A stretch of 64,000 nt of DNA from Deltaproteobacteria bacterium (GCA_027858615.1 JAQICJ010000292.1:623-64622), one strand, 5' to 3'; positions 50,069-59,675 are shown, counted from the stretch's first letter. Numbers and translations: made by a program. The notes: generated by a model not told the origin, from the sequence alone.

Positions 50069-51417
50069 ACAAATTACTTCTCCTCTTAATTACTTTTTTT
50101 CCTGTTGCAGCCCAGGGTGTGAAATGCCCCATACCCAATTGTCCCAAAGGGCAATTGTGTTTTTGTCCGCCGCCGCCGCCACATTATATGGTAATTAAAG
50201 ACAAATCCACGGGATCCAACTCCAAAGCCGGCAAAATTTTTACAGACAGATTAAAAAGCAATTTTGCCCTTACAGCTTCTTTTTCTTTCAAAAACAAGTT
50301 CAGTCCCAAATACCAATCTTCCAAAACTCCCCTCGATCAGATTTCAAAATGGCATCTGATTACCCTCAAGTTAAAACAGGGCAATAAAACAACCGGAGTT
50401 GAAGTAAAGTTATTTTCCAGAAAAACACCTCGTTCCAGCCGTAAAAAAGAGATTTGGGAAACAAGTTTCAATTTTAATTCCAGCAACCTGAAAAAATCAA
50501 CTGATCTTCTGGGAAATCAGTTAATGGCTAAAATCATCCAAAGAAAATTCTCCGCTTTTGGTTCAAAAATGGCTTATGTTCACAATATAACGAGGGGAAA
50601 ATCCTATATCAGGGTTGCCCATTTCAACGGAGAAGAAAAAGACCAATCTCTTTCCAGCCATAAACTTGTTTCCTTCAAAGTATCCTATAACAAGGAACCT
50701 TTCTGGGGACCCAGAGGAGAATATCTTTTTTTCACGTCCCATGCTCGTTACAATCCCGATTTATATATCGTCAAACCCGGAAACAATCCGGTTAAACCTT
50801 TGCGTATCAGTGCCCGCAACGGCATGAACCATGCTGCGGTACTCTCCAATAAACGCAAATATCTGGCTCTCACCATGGATTTCAGAGGCAATCCGGATAT
50901 ATATCTGTTGAAACCAGATTTTAAAACTACAAAAAAATGGAGAATTATCAAAAAGTTGACGACTCATCATTCCATAGACACTTCTCCATCGTTTTCTCCG
51001 GACGGCAAAAGAATAGTATTTGTTTCCAACCGCAGAAAAAGAGCTCAGATTTTCACAAAAAAGATTAAAGGTGGTAAACCCAGGTTGTTATTTTCAACTG
51101 GAAATCGCACCTATACACCCAGATGGTGCTCTTCGGGCAAGAGAGAATATCTTGCTTTTACTCAACTTGTAGGAAATAAATCGGTGATTTATGTCTACGA
51201 TCTCAAGACCAGAGGCGGTTGGCAGGCAACTAGCAGTTCAGCTCCAAATGCAGAAAATCCCGCATGGAGTCCCCACTGTAACTTGATTAGCTATGAATCT
51301 TCGGGGTCAAAAACGAAAAAAAATGGAATATGGATAAGCCCCGTCAGAGGTGGAAAATCCTCAGTGTTTTTAAAGGGTTCCCTCACAATGCCCGCTTGGG
51401 ATAGAGGTCGAAAGTGA
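50065..51417 (+). CDS. tolB: Tol-Pal system beta-propeller protein.
   Basis: Signal peptide and repeated WD40-like beta-propeller blades (SFSPDGKRIVFVSNR; P.WSPDG-like blades). Confidence 0.75.
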   Translation: MNKLLLLLITFFPVAAQGVKCPIPNCPKGQLCFCPPPPPHYMVIKDKSTGSNSKAGKIFTDRLKSNFALTASFSFKNKFSPKYQSSKTPLDQISKWHLITLKLKQGNKTTGVEVKLFSRKTPRSSRKKEIWETSFNFNSSNLKKSTDLLGNQLMAKIIQRKFSAFGSKMAYVHNITRGKSYIRVAHFNGEEKDQSLSSHKLVSFKVSYNKEPFWGPRGEYLFFTSHARYNPDLYIVKPGNNPVKPLRISARNGMNHAAVLSNKRKYLALTMDFRGNPDIYLLKPDFKTTKKWRIIKKLTTHHSIDTSPSFSPDGKRIVFVSNRRKRAQIFTKKIKGGKPRLLFSTGNRTYTPRWCSSGKREYLAFTQLVGNKSVIYVYDLKTRGGWQATSSSAPNAENPAWSPHCNLISYESSGSKTKKNGIWISPVRGGKSSVFLKGSLTMPAWDRGRK

Positions 51418-51598
51418 TTGATATGACAAAAAAGTTTATTTCATCACTTGACAAAGATCTTTTTAGGAATAATGTAGTTTTCAATTAAATAGTTTATAAT
51501 TTTAATTTTGATTCTCTAACATTTAACGGGGTTAGTCCCACCTTTTATTAATTTTTTATTCTGCGAATCAGAAAGATTCCAGAAAGCGAGGAACCATA

Positions 51599-51916
51599 AT
51601 GACAAAAACCGAATTAATTGACAAAATTTACAGAAGCGAAAAAATTGCTAAAACCACAAAAAAACAAGTAAGTGAAATCGTAGACGCTCTTTTCGACGAA
51701 TTAGGCGATTACTTCATCAAAACCAAACCTACCAAAAAAACAAGTGACCCCAAACTCACATATCCCGGTTTTGGTACTTTCAAAAAGAGAAAACGCAATA
51801 AAAAACAGGGAAGAAATCCCCAAACTGGTAAACCCATCACTATTCCTGCCCATTTCACTGTTACTTTCACACCAAGTTCAATTCTCAAGAACAAAATGAA
51901 CGGTAAAAAGAAATAA
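51599..51916 (+). CDS. HU/IHF-family nucleoid DNA-binding protein with a Lys-rich insertion.
   Basis: MTKTELIDKI...KKQVSEIVDALFDEL...TYPGFGTFKKRKRNKKQGRNPQTGKPITIPA (the beta-arm RNPQTG signature). Confidence 0.8.
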   Translation: MTKTELIDKIYRSEKIAKTTKKQVSEIVDALFDELGDYFIKTKPTKKTSDPKLTYPGFGTFKKRKRNKKQGRNPQTGKPITIPAHFTVTFTPSSILKNKMNGKKK

Positions 51917-51941
51917 GCAGTTAATTTAAATATATTTCAGT

Positions 51942-51985
51942 GTTTCACCTTTGTCGTTCCGGCAAAGGTGAAACCATCTTTCCCC
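51942..51985 (+). terminator. Rho-independent terminator of the HU gene.
   Basis: Perfect 12-bp stem GTTTCACCTTTG / CAAAGGTGAAAC with a 9-nt loop, followed by CATCTTTCCCC. Confidence 0.65.
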
Positions 51986-52101
51986 TTCTCCTTTCTAAAT
52001 AGTTCTGCTCAACCACTCACAAAACAGTAAATTTTTCCAAAAGTTGCTTTTTTGTTTTAAATCCAGAATGGGAACTAAATAGCCGGATATCAAGCTAAAT
52101 T

Positions 52102-52797
52102 ATGAGTACACTTATCAACAATAAAACTCAAAATTTACCCAAGAGGCTTATCTCCAAATTTGATGCCGGAGTGCTTCTAGGAGGCTTTACCCTGTGGTTT
52201 GCTTCACTAGGTTCCCTGAGTGTTGAACCGGCTTTTCTCTGGAGCCTGCTATTATTACCCTGGCTTGCCTTCAAATTGAAACTAAGTTTTTTTGTAAGAA
52301 CAGTAATCTGGCCGGTGATAATTACCATCATGATTCTTCTTAACCGACAGCCAAACTGGTTTCAGGTTCTGACTCTGTTTTTCCTGACTCTGGCTTATTA
52401 TTTTTTTGTGCTGGAAGAAAGATATCAGACAAAGGAAATCAAGCTTGAAAAGATTGAAATCAAAAATAAGCAGAAGAAAATTTACCCTTTTCTTTTCTTT
52501 TTCTTCAGTCTCAGTCTACTGCTGGTGGAATATTTCAGTTTTTCCCGTTATCAGGCCTTCGTTTTATTATACACGGCTTTCATTTTGTCATCTTTGTTCA
52601 ACTTGCTTAAAGTAGCCGACAAAATTTCTGGAAAAAAACTGAAGGTTTTAGCTTTTTTCTCATTATTTCTTCTGCTTTCAATTTTATTTTCCAGCTATTA
52701 CCAGAAAACAAATTACCTGGTTTCATCCCTCATCTCCCTCTTCTTCCTGGCCACAGGAATAAACCTGATAGCCACCCGAACCCCCAAAAGTAATTAA
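52102..52797 (+). CDS. Hypothetical polytopic membrane protein.
   Basis: 5-6 predicted hydrophobic helices. No recognisable motif. Confidence 0.4.
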   Translation: MSTLINNKTQNLPKRLISKFDAGVLLGGFTLWFASLGSLSVEPAFLWSLLLLPWLAFKLKLSFFVRTVIWPVIITIMILLNRQPNWFQVLTLFFLTLAYYFFVLEERYQTKEIKLEKIEIKNKQKKIYPFLFFFFSLSLLLVEYFSFSRYQAFVLLYTAFILSSLFNLLKVADKISGKKLKVLAFFSLFLLLSILFSSYYQKTNYLVSSLISLFFLATGINLIATRTPKSN

Positions 52798-52800
52798 TTC

Positions 52801-53314
52801 CCGGCTCGGCGATTGACATCGGTTCCTGATGGATTGGATCCGGGGGAGGCTGTCAGTTTAGTCTTATCATATGTTACTGCTTATCAAATGCTCAACAGAG
52901 TTGCCCAAGTTAAACCGGCTTGTAGAAGAAGGACTGGACGCGGTCTTTGATTCAATTGGCGGCAAACATATAAAACGTTCTTTTAAGGTTTTGGGAAGCG
53001 GCGGCAAGCTTGTCAGTTATGGTTTTTATAACTCCGTAATGGGAAAAGGCGGCAGTATTCCTTTGGATTTTCTCCGCCTCAAATGGTGGAATTTCCTTCC
53101 TGATCATCGTTCCACCTCGTTTTATTCTATTGGAGCCCTGCGAAAAAAACATCCAGATTGGTTTTCCGAAGATTTAATCACCCTCTTTAATCTACTAAAA
53201 AATAAAAAAATAAACCCCATCATAGACAGAAGAATTCCACTAGCCAAAGCCAAAAAAGCTTATAAATTAATAGAAAATGCAAAACCAAAAGGAAAAATAA
53301 TCCTGGAACTATAA
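52801..53314 (+). pseudogene. Remnant of an MDR-family (zinc-type) quinone oxidoreductase / alcohol dehydrogenase. The N-terminal catalytic domain and the Rossmann GxGxxG are missing, and there is an internal frameshift.
   Basis: Frame 1 reads ...VPDGLDPGEAVSLVLSYVTAYQMLNRVAQVKP then stops. Frame 2 (ORF 52871-53314) continues with ...LVEEGLDAVFDSIGG...KINPIIDRRIPLAKAKKAYKLIENAKPKGKIILEL, the C-terminal dimerisation region of the family. Confidence 0.6.
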
Positions 53315-53428
53315 CCAACACCTACCACCGCTTGATTTTAGACCGCATGGAGATGATGAATATTATTTACTATTGGTTTGACAAAGATATGTTAATATTT
53401 TAAAAATAATTATTCGATTATAATATTA

Positions 53429-55195
53429 ATGGAACTATCTAAGTTTATCAATATTCAGGTTAAGGATTTTGCTATGCTAAACAAATATATTTGGACACTG
53501 TTTGCTATTGTGTTTCTTGTTTTTGCCGGTTGTGACGACGATGATGGGAATAACAATAATAATATCAACAATGTCAACAACGATAACAACTTTACTTGGG
53601 ATTATGTTCCCACAAATACAAGCAGAAATATTGATCTGCTTTTTGTAATCGACAACTCCCTTTCCATGGAACAGGAGCAAGCAACAGTCAGAAACAGTTT
53701 TACAAACCTGGTTCAGGTTTTAGAAAATATCTCCGGTGGTCTTCCCAATGTCCATATTGGTGTTACTTCTACCGATCTTGGTACACTCCCCCATAATCTT
53801 CCCAGTTGTACCACCCCCGATGGTGACAATGGTCAAATACTCAAGGGTAACAACAATTCCTGTGCCAATCCCGTGGGTCAAAATTACATCGTTGATGTGG
53901 AAGCCAAAAATTGCGATATTCAAAGAGACGATCAGGATTCCAGGGCTTGTGTTGATCACAGTTGTGTAGTTTCAAATTGCCAAATCGAAGGAGAACCAAG
54001 TGGTTTGGTTCTTTATGAAGACGAAAATGGATGTCCCCGTTGTCGTAATTATGAAGGTGAACCTTTGGAAGATGTTTTCTCCTGTACAGCCGATTTGGGA
54101 ATTAATGGCTGCGCTTTTGAACAGCATCTCGAAGTTCTCTACCGAGCTTTTGCAGAAAACAATATTGAAAACGAAGGATTCTTCAGAGAAAATGCCATTG
54201 TGGCCATTTTCTTTATTACTGATGAAGACGACTGTTCTACTACAAACGGTAATATTTTTGATCCTGAAGGTGATATCACTACCACTCTCGGACCACTCAG
54301 TTCTTTTCGTTGTACCGAATTTGGTATCAAATGCGACGAAACTTGGAATCGTGTACCACCCAGTGGAGAAATGACAATGCATAATTGCATGGCTCGTACA
54401 GCCGACGATTATAAATCATTGCTTTATCCAATCTCAAGATATACCACTCTCATGACCAATAATTTTGATCCCAGCAATATCCTCATTGGCGCCATTGCCG
54501 GTCCTTATGATCAAACACTTACAGTACAATCAAACAGAGATTTAGAACCTAGACTTGGTTTTTCCTGCTATGCTTCCGGAGAAAGCGAAATCGGAGCTGT
54601 TCCTGCTGTTAGAATCAAGGAATTTGTTGAGGCTTTTGTTACTTCCGGAGAAGATATGGGCTGGGCCTATACATCAGTTTGCAATCAGTATTATTCTCCG
54701 GCTTTGGAAGGACTTGGCAACAAAATCAAAGATAAGATAGTAGATATTCAATGTTCTCCATCGCCACTTGCGGGTTGCCCCGATCCAGCCGCTGCCAATG
54801 GTTTAACTCCAATTACCGATTTAGATTCTATGACAAGCGAAACCTGCGATCCAAATTGTACTGTTTACGACATCAATCCCGACGATTCACATACCGAGAT
54901 TGAACATTGTGCTCCAGATGCAGGTCCTGATGGCGATGGTCATCCACCCAAAATATGGGATGGCCTGACAGCACCCTGTTATCATGTGGTTTACGAAAAA
55001 AGATGCGACTTCTTTTCTTCTCATTCACCTTCCAGGGGAGCTAGCATCATAATTTCCCGTAAAGAACCCTCCCCCTTTGGTACTATTACCAAAATTACAT
55101 GTGAACTTTTTCCCCTTGAGGAAATAGATTGCCATGACGGAAGAGATAATGATGTTGATGGTTTGACCGACGGTTCGGACCCCGATTGTCAATAA
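53429..55195 (+). CDS. Lipoprotein with Asn-rich linker, von Willebrand A (VWA) domain and Cys-rich C-terminal region ending in a D-rich CxDGxDNDxDGxxDxxDPDC motif.
   Basis: Lipobox VFAGC + DDDDGNNNNNINNVNNDNN. VWA MIDAS-like DxSxS (LLFVIDNSLSM). Many paired cysteines. C-terminus IDCHDGRDNDVDGLTDGSDPDCQ. Confidence 0.65.
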   Translation: MELSKFINIQVKDFAMLNKYIWTLFAIVFLVFAGCDDDDGNNNNNINNVNNDNNFTWDYVPTNTSRNIDLLFVIDNSLSMEQEQATVRNSFTNLVQVLENISGGLPNVHIGVTSTDLGTLPHNLPSCTTPDGDNGQILKGNNNSCANPVGQNYIVDVEAKNCDIQRDDQDSRACVDHSCVVSNCQIEGEPSGLVLYEDENGCPRCRNYEGEPLEDVFSCTADLGINGCAFEQHLEVLYRAFAENNIENEGFFRENAIVAIFFITDEDDCSTTNGNIFDPEGDITTTLGPLSSFRCTEFGIKCDETWNRVPPSGEMTMHNCMARTADDYKSLLYPISRYTTLMTNNFDPSNILIGAIAGPYDQTLTVQSNRDLEPRLGFSCYASGESEIGAVPAVRIKEFVEAFVTSGEDMGWAYTSVCNQYYSPALEGLGNKIKDKIVDIQCSPSPLAGCPDPAAANGLTPITDLDSMTSETCDPNCTVYDINPDDSHTEIEHCAPDAGPDGDGHPPKIWDGLTAPCYHVVYEKRCDFFSSHSPSRGASIIISRKEPSPFGTITKITCELFPLEEIDCHDGRDNDVDGLTDGSDPDCQ

Positions 55196-55340
55196 ATTAT
55201 TTTTATTGATAAAAACTCATTGGGGTTATTGGCATCTCCCCGGAGTAGTATTACCCTTCCTTCCTAATTGCCGGCAGCTTGTTTCCTTCCTGATTACCGG
55301 CAGCTTGTTTCCTTTCTGATGGCCAGCGCCTTGTTTCCTT

Positions 55341-55451
55341 CCTGACAGGCCGGCAGCTTCTTCTTGAATATCAACTTGTTTTATTTGCTTTTTCAGATTA
55401 TTTTATGAGGGTCATTATATGAGCTTGGGTTCTGGTATTATTAATAATAGT
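55341..55451 (+). repeat. ~108-bp direct repeat, copy A. Copy B lies at 56954-57061 immediately 3' of the Sel1/Hcp-like gene.
   Basis: CCTGACAGGCCGGC(A/G)GCT(T/C)CTTCTTGAATATCAACTTGTTTTATTTGCTTTTTCAGATTATTTTAT(G/A)AGGGTCATTATATGAGCTTGGGTTCTGGTATTATTAATAA appears in both places. Copy A is preceded by decayed short tandem repeats (GCCGGCAGCTTGTTTCCTTCCTGAT x3), i.e. a degenerate gene 3' end. Confidence 0.8.
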
Positions 55452-55460
55452 TCTAGCGAA

Positions 55461-55614
55461 TTCCAAAATAGAAGTTTATCGTCTGGCGACGGAATCTGGC
55501 CTCATCTGCTTTGTTCTAACTTCTTGAAATAGTGACAACTATATCTTCAAAGTTATTTCGCGCATCTGAGGCAAACTTCTTCCCCAGCCAAAAACCCCCA
55601 TTCTGGGATGGGAA
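55461..55614 (+). mobile_element. MITE-like repeat copy 5, with a degenerate 5' inverted repeat and an intact 3' inverted repeat (...CATTCTGGGATGGGAAC).
   Basis: Direct alignment with copy 1: ...ATCGTCTGGCGACGGAATCTGGC(T/C)TCATCTGCTTTGT... and the 3' end TTCTGGGATGGGAAC. Confidence 0.65.
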
Positions 55615-56032
55615 CTATTTATCCTGTTTTTCCCCCTTTTTTATCTAAAATTTCAATTAGTCAGCACAATCTTTTCATTACCATCAGGTAAAGCTCTTTT
55701 TCCGTATTTCTTCCACCGTCAGAAGTAATTTACCTGCCGTCAAATCATTGAATGACTTTTCCCTTGAATTGCTTGAATATAGTCGATACACTGTTTTTAG
55801 TTTCGAATAAGGATTATTTGGTTTTTTTAAGTTTCATAACCCTTTTATATCATAAAAGGATCTGCCAAATAATCCTTTTTTTATTATTTTGGTTAGAAAT
55901 CCGGGTTAAAGAATTAAAAAATCCTGTGATTTGAAATATGGAGTAGGCTTTTTATCTCCAGGTGATTGCTACAAAAACGGTTACGGGGTAAAAAGTAGAA
56001 TTATTCCAAAAACTAACAAAAGGAGAAAATAA

Positions 56033-56959
56033 ATGCTAAACAAAATAATTATGTTAACACTGGCATTTCTAATTACTTCGACTGCTAAAGGGCAAAGAAA
56101 AGTTCATTTTAAAAAAGGTTTGAAATTTGAATTAAATCTGGATTTTGAAAATGCTGAAAAAGAATTTAAAAAAGCTTGTGCTTTGAAGTCTGGATCTGGT
56201 TGTTTTAAACTAGGATATTGCTACAAAAACGGTACCGGGGTAAAGAAGGATAAAATAAAAGCAGCAAAATATTATAAAAAAGCCTGTGCTTTGAAGTCTG
56301 GAGCTGGTTGTTTTAAACTAGGGGATTGCTACAAAAACGGTACCGGGGTAAAGAAGGATAAAACAAAAGCAGCAAAATATTATAAAAAATCCTGTGCGTT
56401 GAAGTCTGGATCTGGTTGTTTTAAACTAGGGGATTGCTACAAAAAAGGTACCGGGGTAAAACAGGATAAAACAAAACCAGCAAAATATTATAAAAAATCC
56501 TGTGCGTTGAAGTCTGGATCTGGTTGTTTTAAGCTAGGGGATTGCTTAGGGGATTGCTACCAAAACGGTTACGGGGTAAAGAAGGATAAAACAAAAGCAG
56601 CAAAATATTATAAAAAAGCTTGTGCTTTGAAGTCTGGATCTGGCTGTTTTAAACTAGGGGATTGCTACCAACATGGTTACGGAGTAAAGCAGGATAAAAC
56701 AAAAGCAGCCATGTATCATAAAAAATCCTGTGCTTTGAAGTCTGGAGCTGGTTGTTTTAAACTAGGGAGTGACTACAAAAACGGTACCGGGGTAAAACAG
56801 GATTTAACAAAAGCAGCCATGTATTATAAAAAAGCCTGTAAATATGGGTATCAAGGAGGCTGTAGACTAACCCCGGATCCAAGAAAGCGGCCTTTTACTG
56901 GAACCAGACCAACCAATTACTGTAAGCCAACCAAGCCTCCGTATATTCCTCCTTCCTGA
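56033..56959 (+). CDS. Sel1-like repeat (SLR) cysteine-rich protein of the Helicobacter Hcp type, secreted.
   Basis: Signal peptide MLNKIIMLTLAFLITSTAKG. Seven consecutive ~37-aa units KAAKYYKK(A/S)CALKSG(S/A)GCFKLGDCYKNGTGVK(K/Q)DKTK, with paired Cys per unit as in HcpA/B/C. Confidence 0.85.
   Translation: MLNKIIMLTLAFLITSTAKGQRKVHFKKGLKFELNLDFENAEKEFKKACALKSGSGCFKLGYCYKNGTGVKKDKIKAAKYYKKACALKSGAGCFKLGDCYKNGTGVKKDKTKAAKYYKKSCALKSGSGCFKLGDCYKKGTGVKQDKTKPAKYYKKSCALKSGSGCFKLGDCLGDCYQNGYGVKKDKTKAAKYYKKACALKSGSGCFKLGDCYQHGYGVKQDKTKAAMYHKKSCALKSGAGCFKLGSDYKNGTGVKQDLTKAAMYYKKACKYGYQGGCRLTPDPRKRPFTGTRPTNYCKPTKPPYIPPS
56167..56850 (+). repeat. Tandem array of ~111-bp near-identical DNA repeats (about six units) encoding the SLR units.
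   Basis: Visible unit-to-unit DNA identity well above 90%. Includes a 12-bp micro-duplication GGGGATTGCTTA|GGGGATTGCTAC at 56537-56560. Confidence 0.85.
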
Positions 56960-57061
56960 CAGGCCGGCGGCTCCTTCTTGAATATCAACTTGTTTTATTT
57001 GCTTTTTCAGATTATTTTATAAGGGTCATTATATGAGCTTGGGTTCTGGTATTATTAATAA
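56954..57061 (+). repeat. ~108-bp direct repeat, copy B (partner of 55341-55451).
   Basis: See copy A. It overlaps the last codons of the SLR gene. Confidence 0.8.
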
Positions 57062-57108
57062 GTTGCGATGAAGCAGTAGAATCCAAATTTCCCTGATGGA
57101 GTTTACTT

Positions 57109-58347
57109 ATGTCCCAAAAACGTTCCTGGTTTAATGTGCATCCCGATCTTATTAAAAAATGGAAGAAACAACTAAACGATTATCGGGGCAGCGGTGGAAT
57201 TCAAATGGATATTGATCAATATTCCGTATTGTTGCAAGATAGCAAGATCCCTCTTCGTATTTTGGATAAGGGAGGAATCAGTATCTTGAAATATTTTAAT
57301 GAACTCCCTGTTCTCCCTACTGATTTCACAGCTCTGCTTTATATCGACGAAATTGATTTTGCTTGCAAAATGGCACAGCGCATTTATTCCAGAAAAGAAA
57401 AACAACTCAAGGACCATAAATTTCTTCCCCATCCTGTTTATTTGCTTGCCAACAGTTCCACTTTTAAACCGGAACAAATTGAACAATATTGTCAGATTCT
57501 TCTCAATCTCGAAGATCCTGGAACTTTACTTGATATTCTAACTTATGTGGCAATTTTGGAATTTGTGTTTTCTAAGTCGTGGATTGCCAAACGGGTGTTG
57601 CAAAATTACTGTTCCGGGCCAAGAGGTGCTTCAGATCTGCTTGATGGGGCCAAATATTGGAAACTCATCTTCAACAGCGACAACCAATTCCAAAAATATC
57701 GCAAAAAAGCTTTTGAATCTGAGGATGCTCCTTCCAAATGGAATAGTTTGGCAGTGTATATGTTAAAAGAAGAAAGAAATCTTGAGGTAGTTGAAAAATA
57801 TTACAGTAAATTCATAAAAGACAGAGAGGAAGATAAAATTTACAACTGGACGTTTTTTGCCAATTATGTCTGGTATGTTTTTAATGACTCCGATTTGGTG
57901 GTTACTTATTTGAACAGAGTTTCCACTGAGACAGGGGTGGATTCTCTGACCCACCTGGCAGCTTGCTGGATGAGAATTGGAAACAATCCCTCAAAAGCCA
58001 GAGAAACCATGGATAAAGCAATTTTGCAAGCCACAACTCCCGAAGATTTTATTGTCTGTGCTCGGACACTTTTAGATGTGTTTGACGATGCCAAACAAGC
58101 ACAAAAATACCTGGATAAAATCGATTTTGATGATCTCGATCCTTTTCGCAAACTTCGCTACACCATGGTTGATAAAAAACTTAACGGCGTTATAGCGGAA
58201 AAAGAACATCCTCCCCAGGAAAGTTATAACCAGCTCAAAGAGTTGTTACAACCGGAGCCGGGAACCACAGATGATTTCATGACCGATATAGCCGCAAGTT
58301 TCCTCAAAAACCTCGATCTCCCCTTCGACCTCGACGACGAAGATTAA
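57109..58347 (+). CDS. Hypothetical 412-aa cytoplasmic protein with acidic C-terminus (...DLPFDLDDED).
   Basis: Intact ORF. A start ATG at 57109 is preceded by a purine-rich stretch. No recognisable domain. Confidence 0.45.
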   Translation: MSQKRSWFNVHPDLIKKWKKQLNDYRGSGGIQMDIDQYSVLLQDSKIPLRILDKGGISILKYFNELPVLPTDFTALLYIDEIDFACKMAQRIYSRKEKQLKDHKFLPHPVYLLANSSTFKPEQIEQYCQILLNLEDPGTLLDILTYVAILEFVFSKSWIAKRVLQNYCSGPRGASDLLDGAKYWKLIFNSDNQFQKYRKKAFESEDAPSKWNSLAVYMLKEERNLEVVEKYYSKFIKDREEDKIYNWTFFANYVWYVFNDSDLVVTYLNRVSTETGVDSLTHLAACWMRIGNNPSKARETMDKAILQATTPEDFIVCARTLLDVFDDAKQAQKYLDKIDFDDLDPFRKLRYTMVDKKLNGVIAEKEHPPQESYNQLKELLQPEPGTTDDFMTDIAASFLKNLDLPFDLDDED

Positions 58348-59501
58348 CCCTCCTGGTTGCATCCCACAAAATCCAGATAGTTTTCCCTGTTGATAACTTC
58401 ATACTCAGCTTCAGGGTAGGTTTTTGACCACAGGGCCGGTGCCTTGGGTTTTTTGTTGCCGAACTTGAATTCATATCCGAACAGTTTTCCCTCCCTTTCT
58501 TCCACAAGATCGATTTCCTTTTGATCCCAGGTTCTCCAAAAATAAAGATTATGAAAAATTTCGCAGTATTTGTTTTTTCTCAGTCTTTCATTGAACAAAA
58601 AATTTTCCCAGAGCTGACCTTTGTCATTGCGGATATGCAGCGGATTAAAGTTGGAAATAAGCGCATTCCTGATGCCATTGTCGTAAAAATAGTATTTATT
58701 CTTTTTGACGATTTCTTTTCTCAAATTTCTGCTGAACCCTGAAAGACTATAAATTACAAAGGATTTTTCCAGAATATCCAAATATCTTCCCACTGTTTTT
58801 CCGGCAACTCCAATATTTTTTGCAATTTCCGAAAGAGACACTTGACTGCCTGTCTGAAAAGCAAGTAGTCGCAGCAGATCAAATATAACCCTGCTGTTTT
58901 TTATTTTATCAAAAGCTATAATATCTTTGAGTAGATAGGAGTGAGCCAATTCGTCGAGAATTAACCCTTTTTCCTGTTTTGAGGAAGCTGTGACGACTTC
59001 GGGATAAGCACCGAAAATCAGCAAATCCTCAAGTTTTTCTTTTAGTTCGAACTTGTTGTAAATTTGGGAAAGTTCCAGATGGGAGAGGGGAAACATGGTG
59101 AGAGTTCTTTTGCGTCCTGTTAAAGGTTCTCCAATATTTCCGGCCAGGTCAAAAGATGAAGATCCGGTGGCTATAACCATAAGCTGCGGATGAGAATCGA
59201 CCAGCAGTTTAAGCCCCGTTCCAATATTTTGTACTTTCTGGGCTTCATCTATAACTACAAGCTCGTAACCTGATGCGTATTCTGAGATTTTATCGGGGTT
59301 ATTTGATGAAAATATCTCTGCAATGCGAAAATCTTCGCCTGTGTCATATCTGTATTTTAAAGAGGTTTTGGCAAGAAAGTTTTTAACCAGAGTAGTTTTT
59401 CCAACCTGTCTCGGTCCAAAAATAACTAAAACTTTACCTTTTTTCAGATACTTATCAAGATTATCATAAATTCTGGGAATCATATTATTCTCCTGTTTCA
59501 T
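58344..59501 (-). CDS. AAA+ ATPase of the AAA_14 + DUF4143 type (ATP-binding protein).
   Basis: Walker A VIFGPRQVGKTTLVKNF and Walker B LVVIDEAQK. The C-terminal DUF4143-like region, ~385 aa, is typical of this family. Confidence 0.8.
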   Translation of the reverse strand: MKQENNMIPRIYDNLDKYLKKGKVLVIFGPRQVGKTTLVKNFLAKTSLKYRYDTGEDFRIAEIFSSNNPDKISEYASGYELVVIDEAQKVQNIGTGLKLLVDSHPQLMVIATGSSSFDLAGNIGEPLTGRKRTLTMFPLSHLELSQIYNKFELKEKLEDLLIFGAYPEVVTASSKQEKGLILDELAHSYLLKDIIAFDKIKNSRVIFDLLRLLAFQTGSQVSLSEIAKNIGVAGKTVGRYLDILEKSFVIYSLSGFSRNLRKEIVKKNKYYFYDNGIRNALISNFNPLHIRNDKGQLWENFLFNERLRKNKYCEIFHNLYFWRTWDQKEIDLVEEREGKLFGYEFKFGNKKPKAPALWSKTYPEAEYEVINRENYLDFVGCNQEG

Positions 59502-59553
59502 TCCAAGAAAATTATTACCCCATTCCCCATAATAGTCAAATTATAAAGAACGT

Positions 59554-59614
59554 CACTCCGCAAAATAATCGAATTACGCGGAACTGCACTCCGCATAATC
59601 ATCAAATTGCATGG
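59554..59614. promoter_or_regulatory. Two imperfect ~28-bp direct repeats (CACTCCGCAAAATAATCGAATTACGCGG / CACTCCGCATAATCATCAAATTGCATGG) in the divergent AAA-ATPase / fic control region.
   Basis: Seen in the sequence. Confidence 0.4.
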
Positions 59615-59675
59615 AACCAAAGAAAAGAAAAAACACCTAACGGGGTTATGATTTTCTGTGATTTTGCAACCCCAG

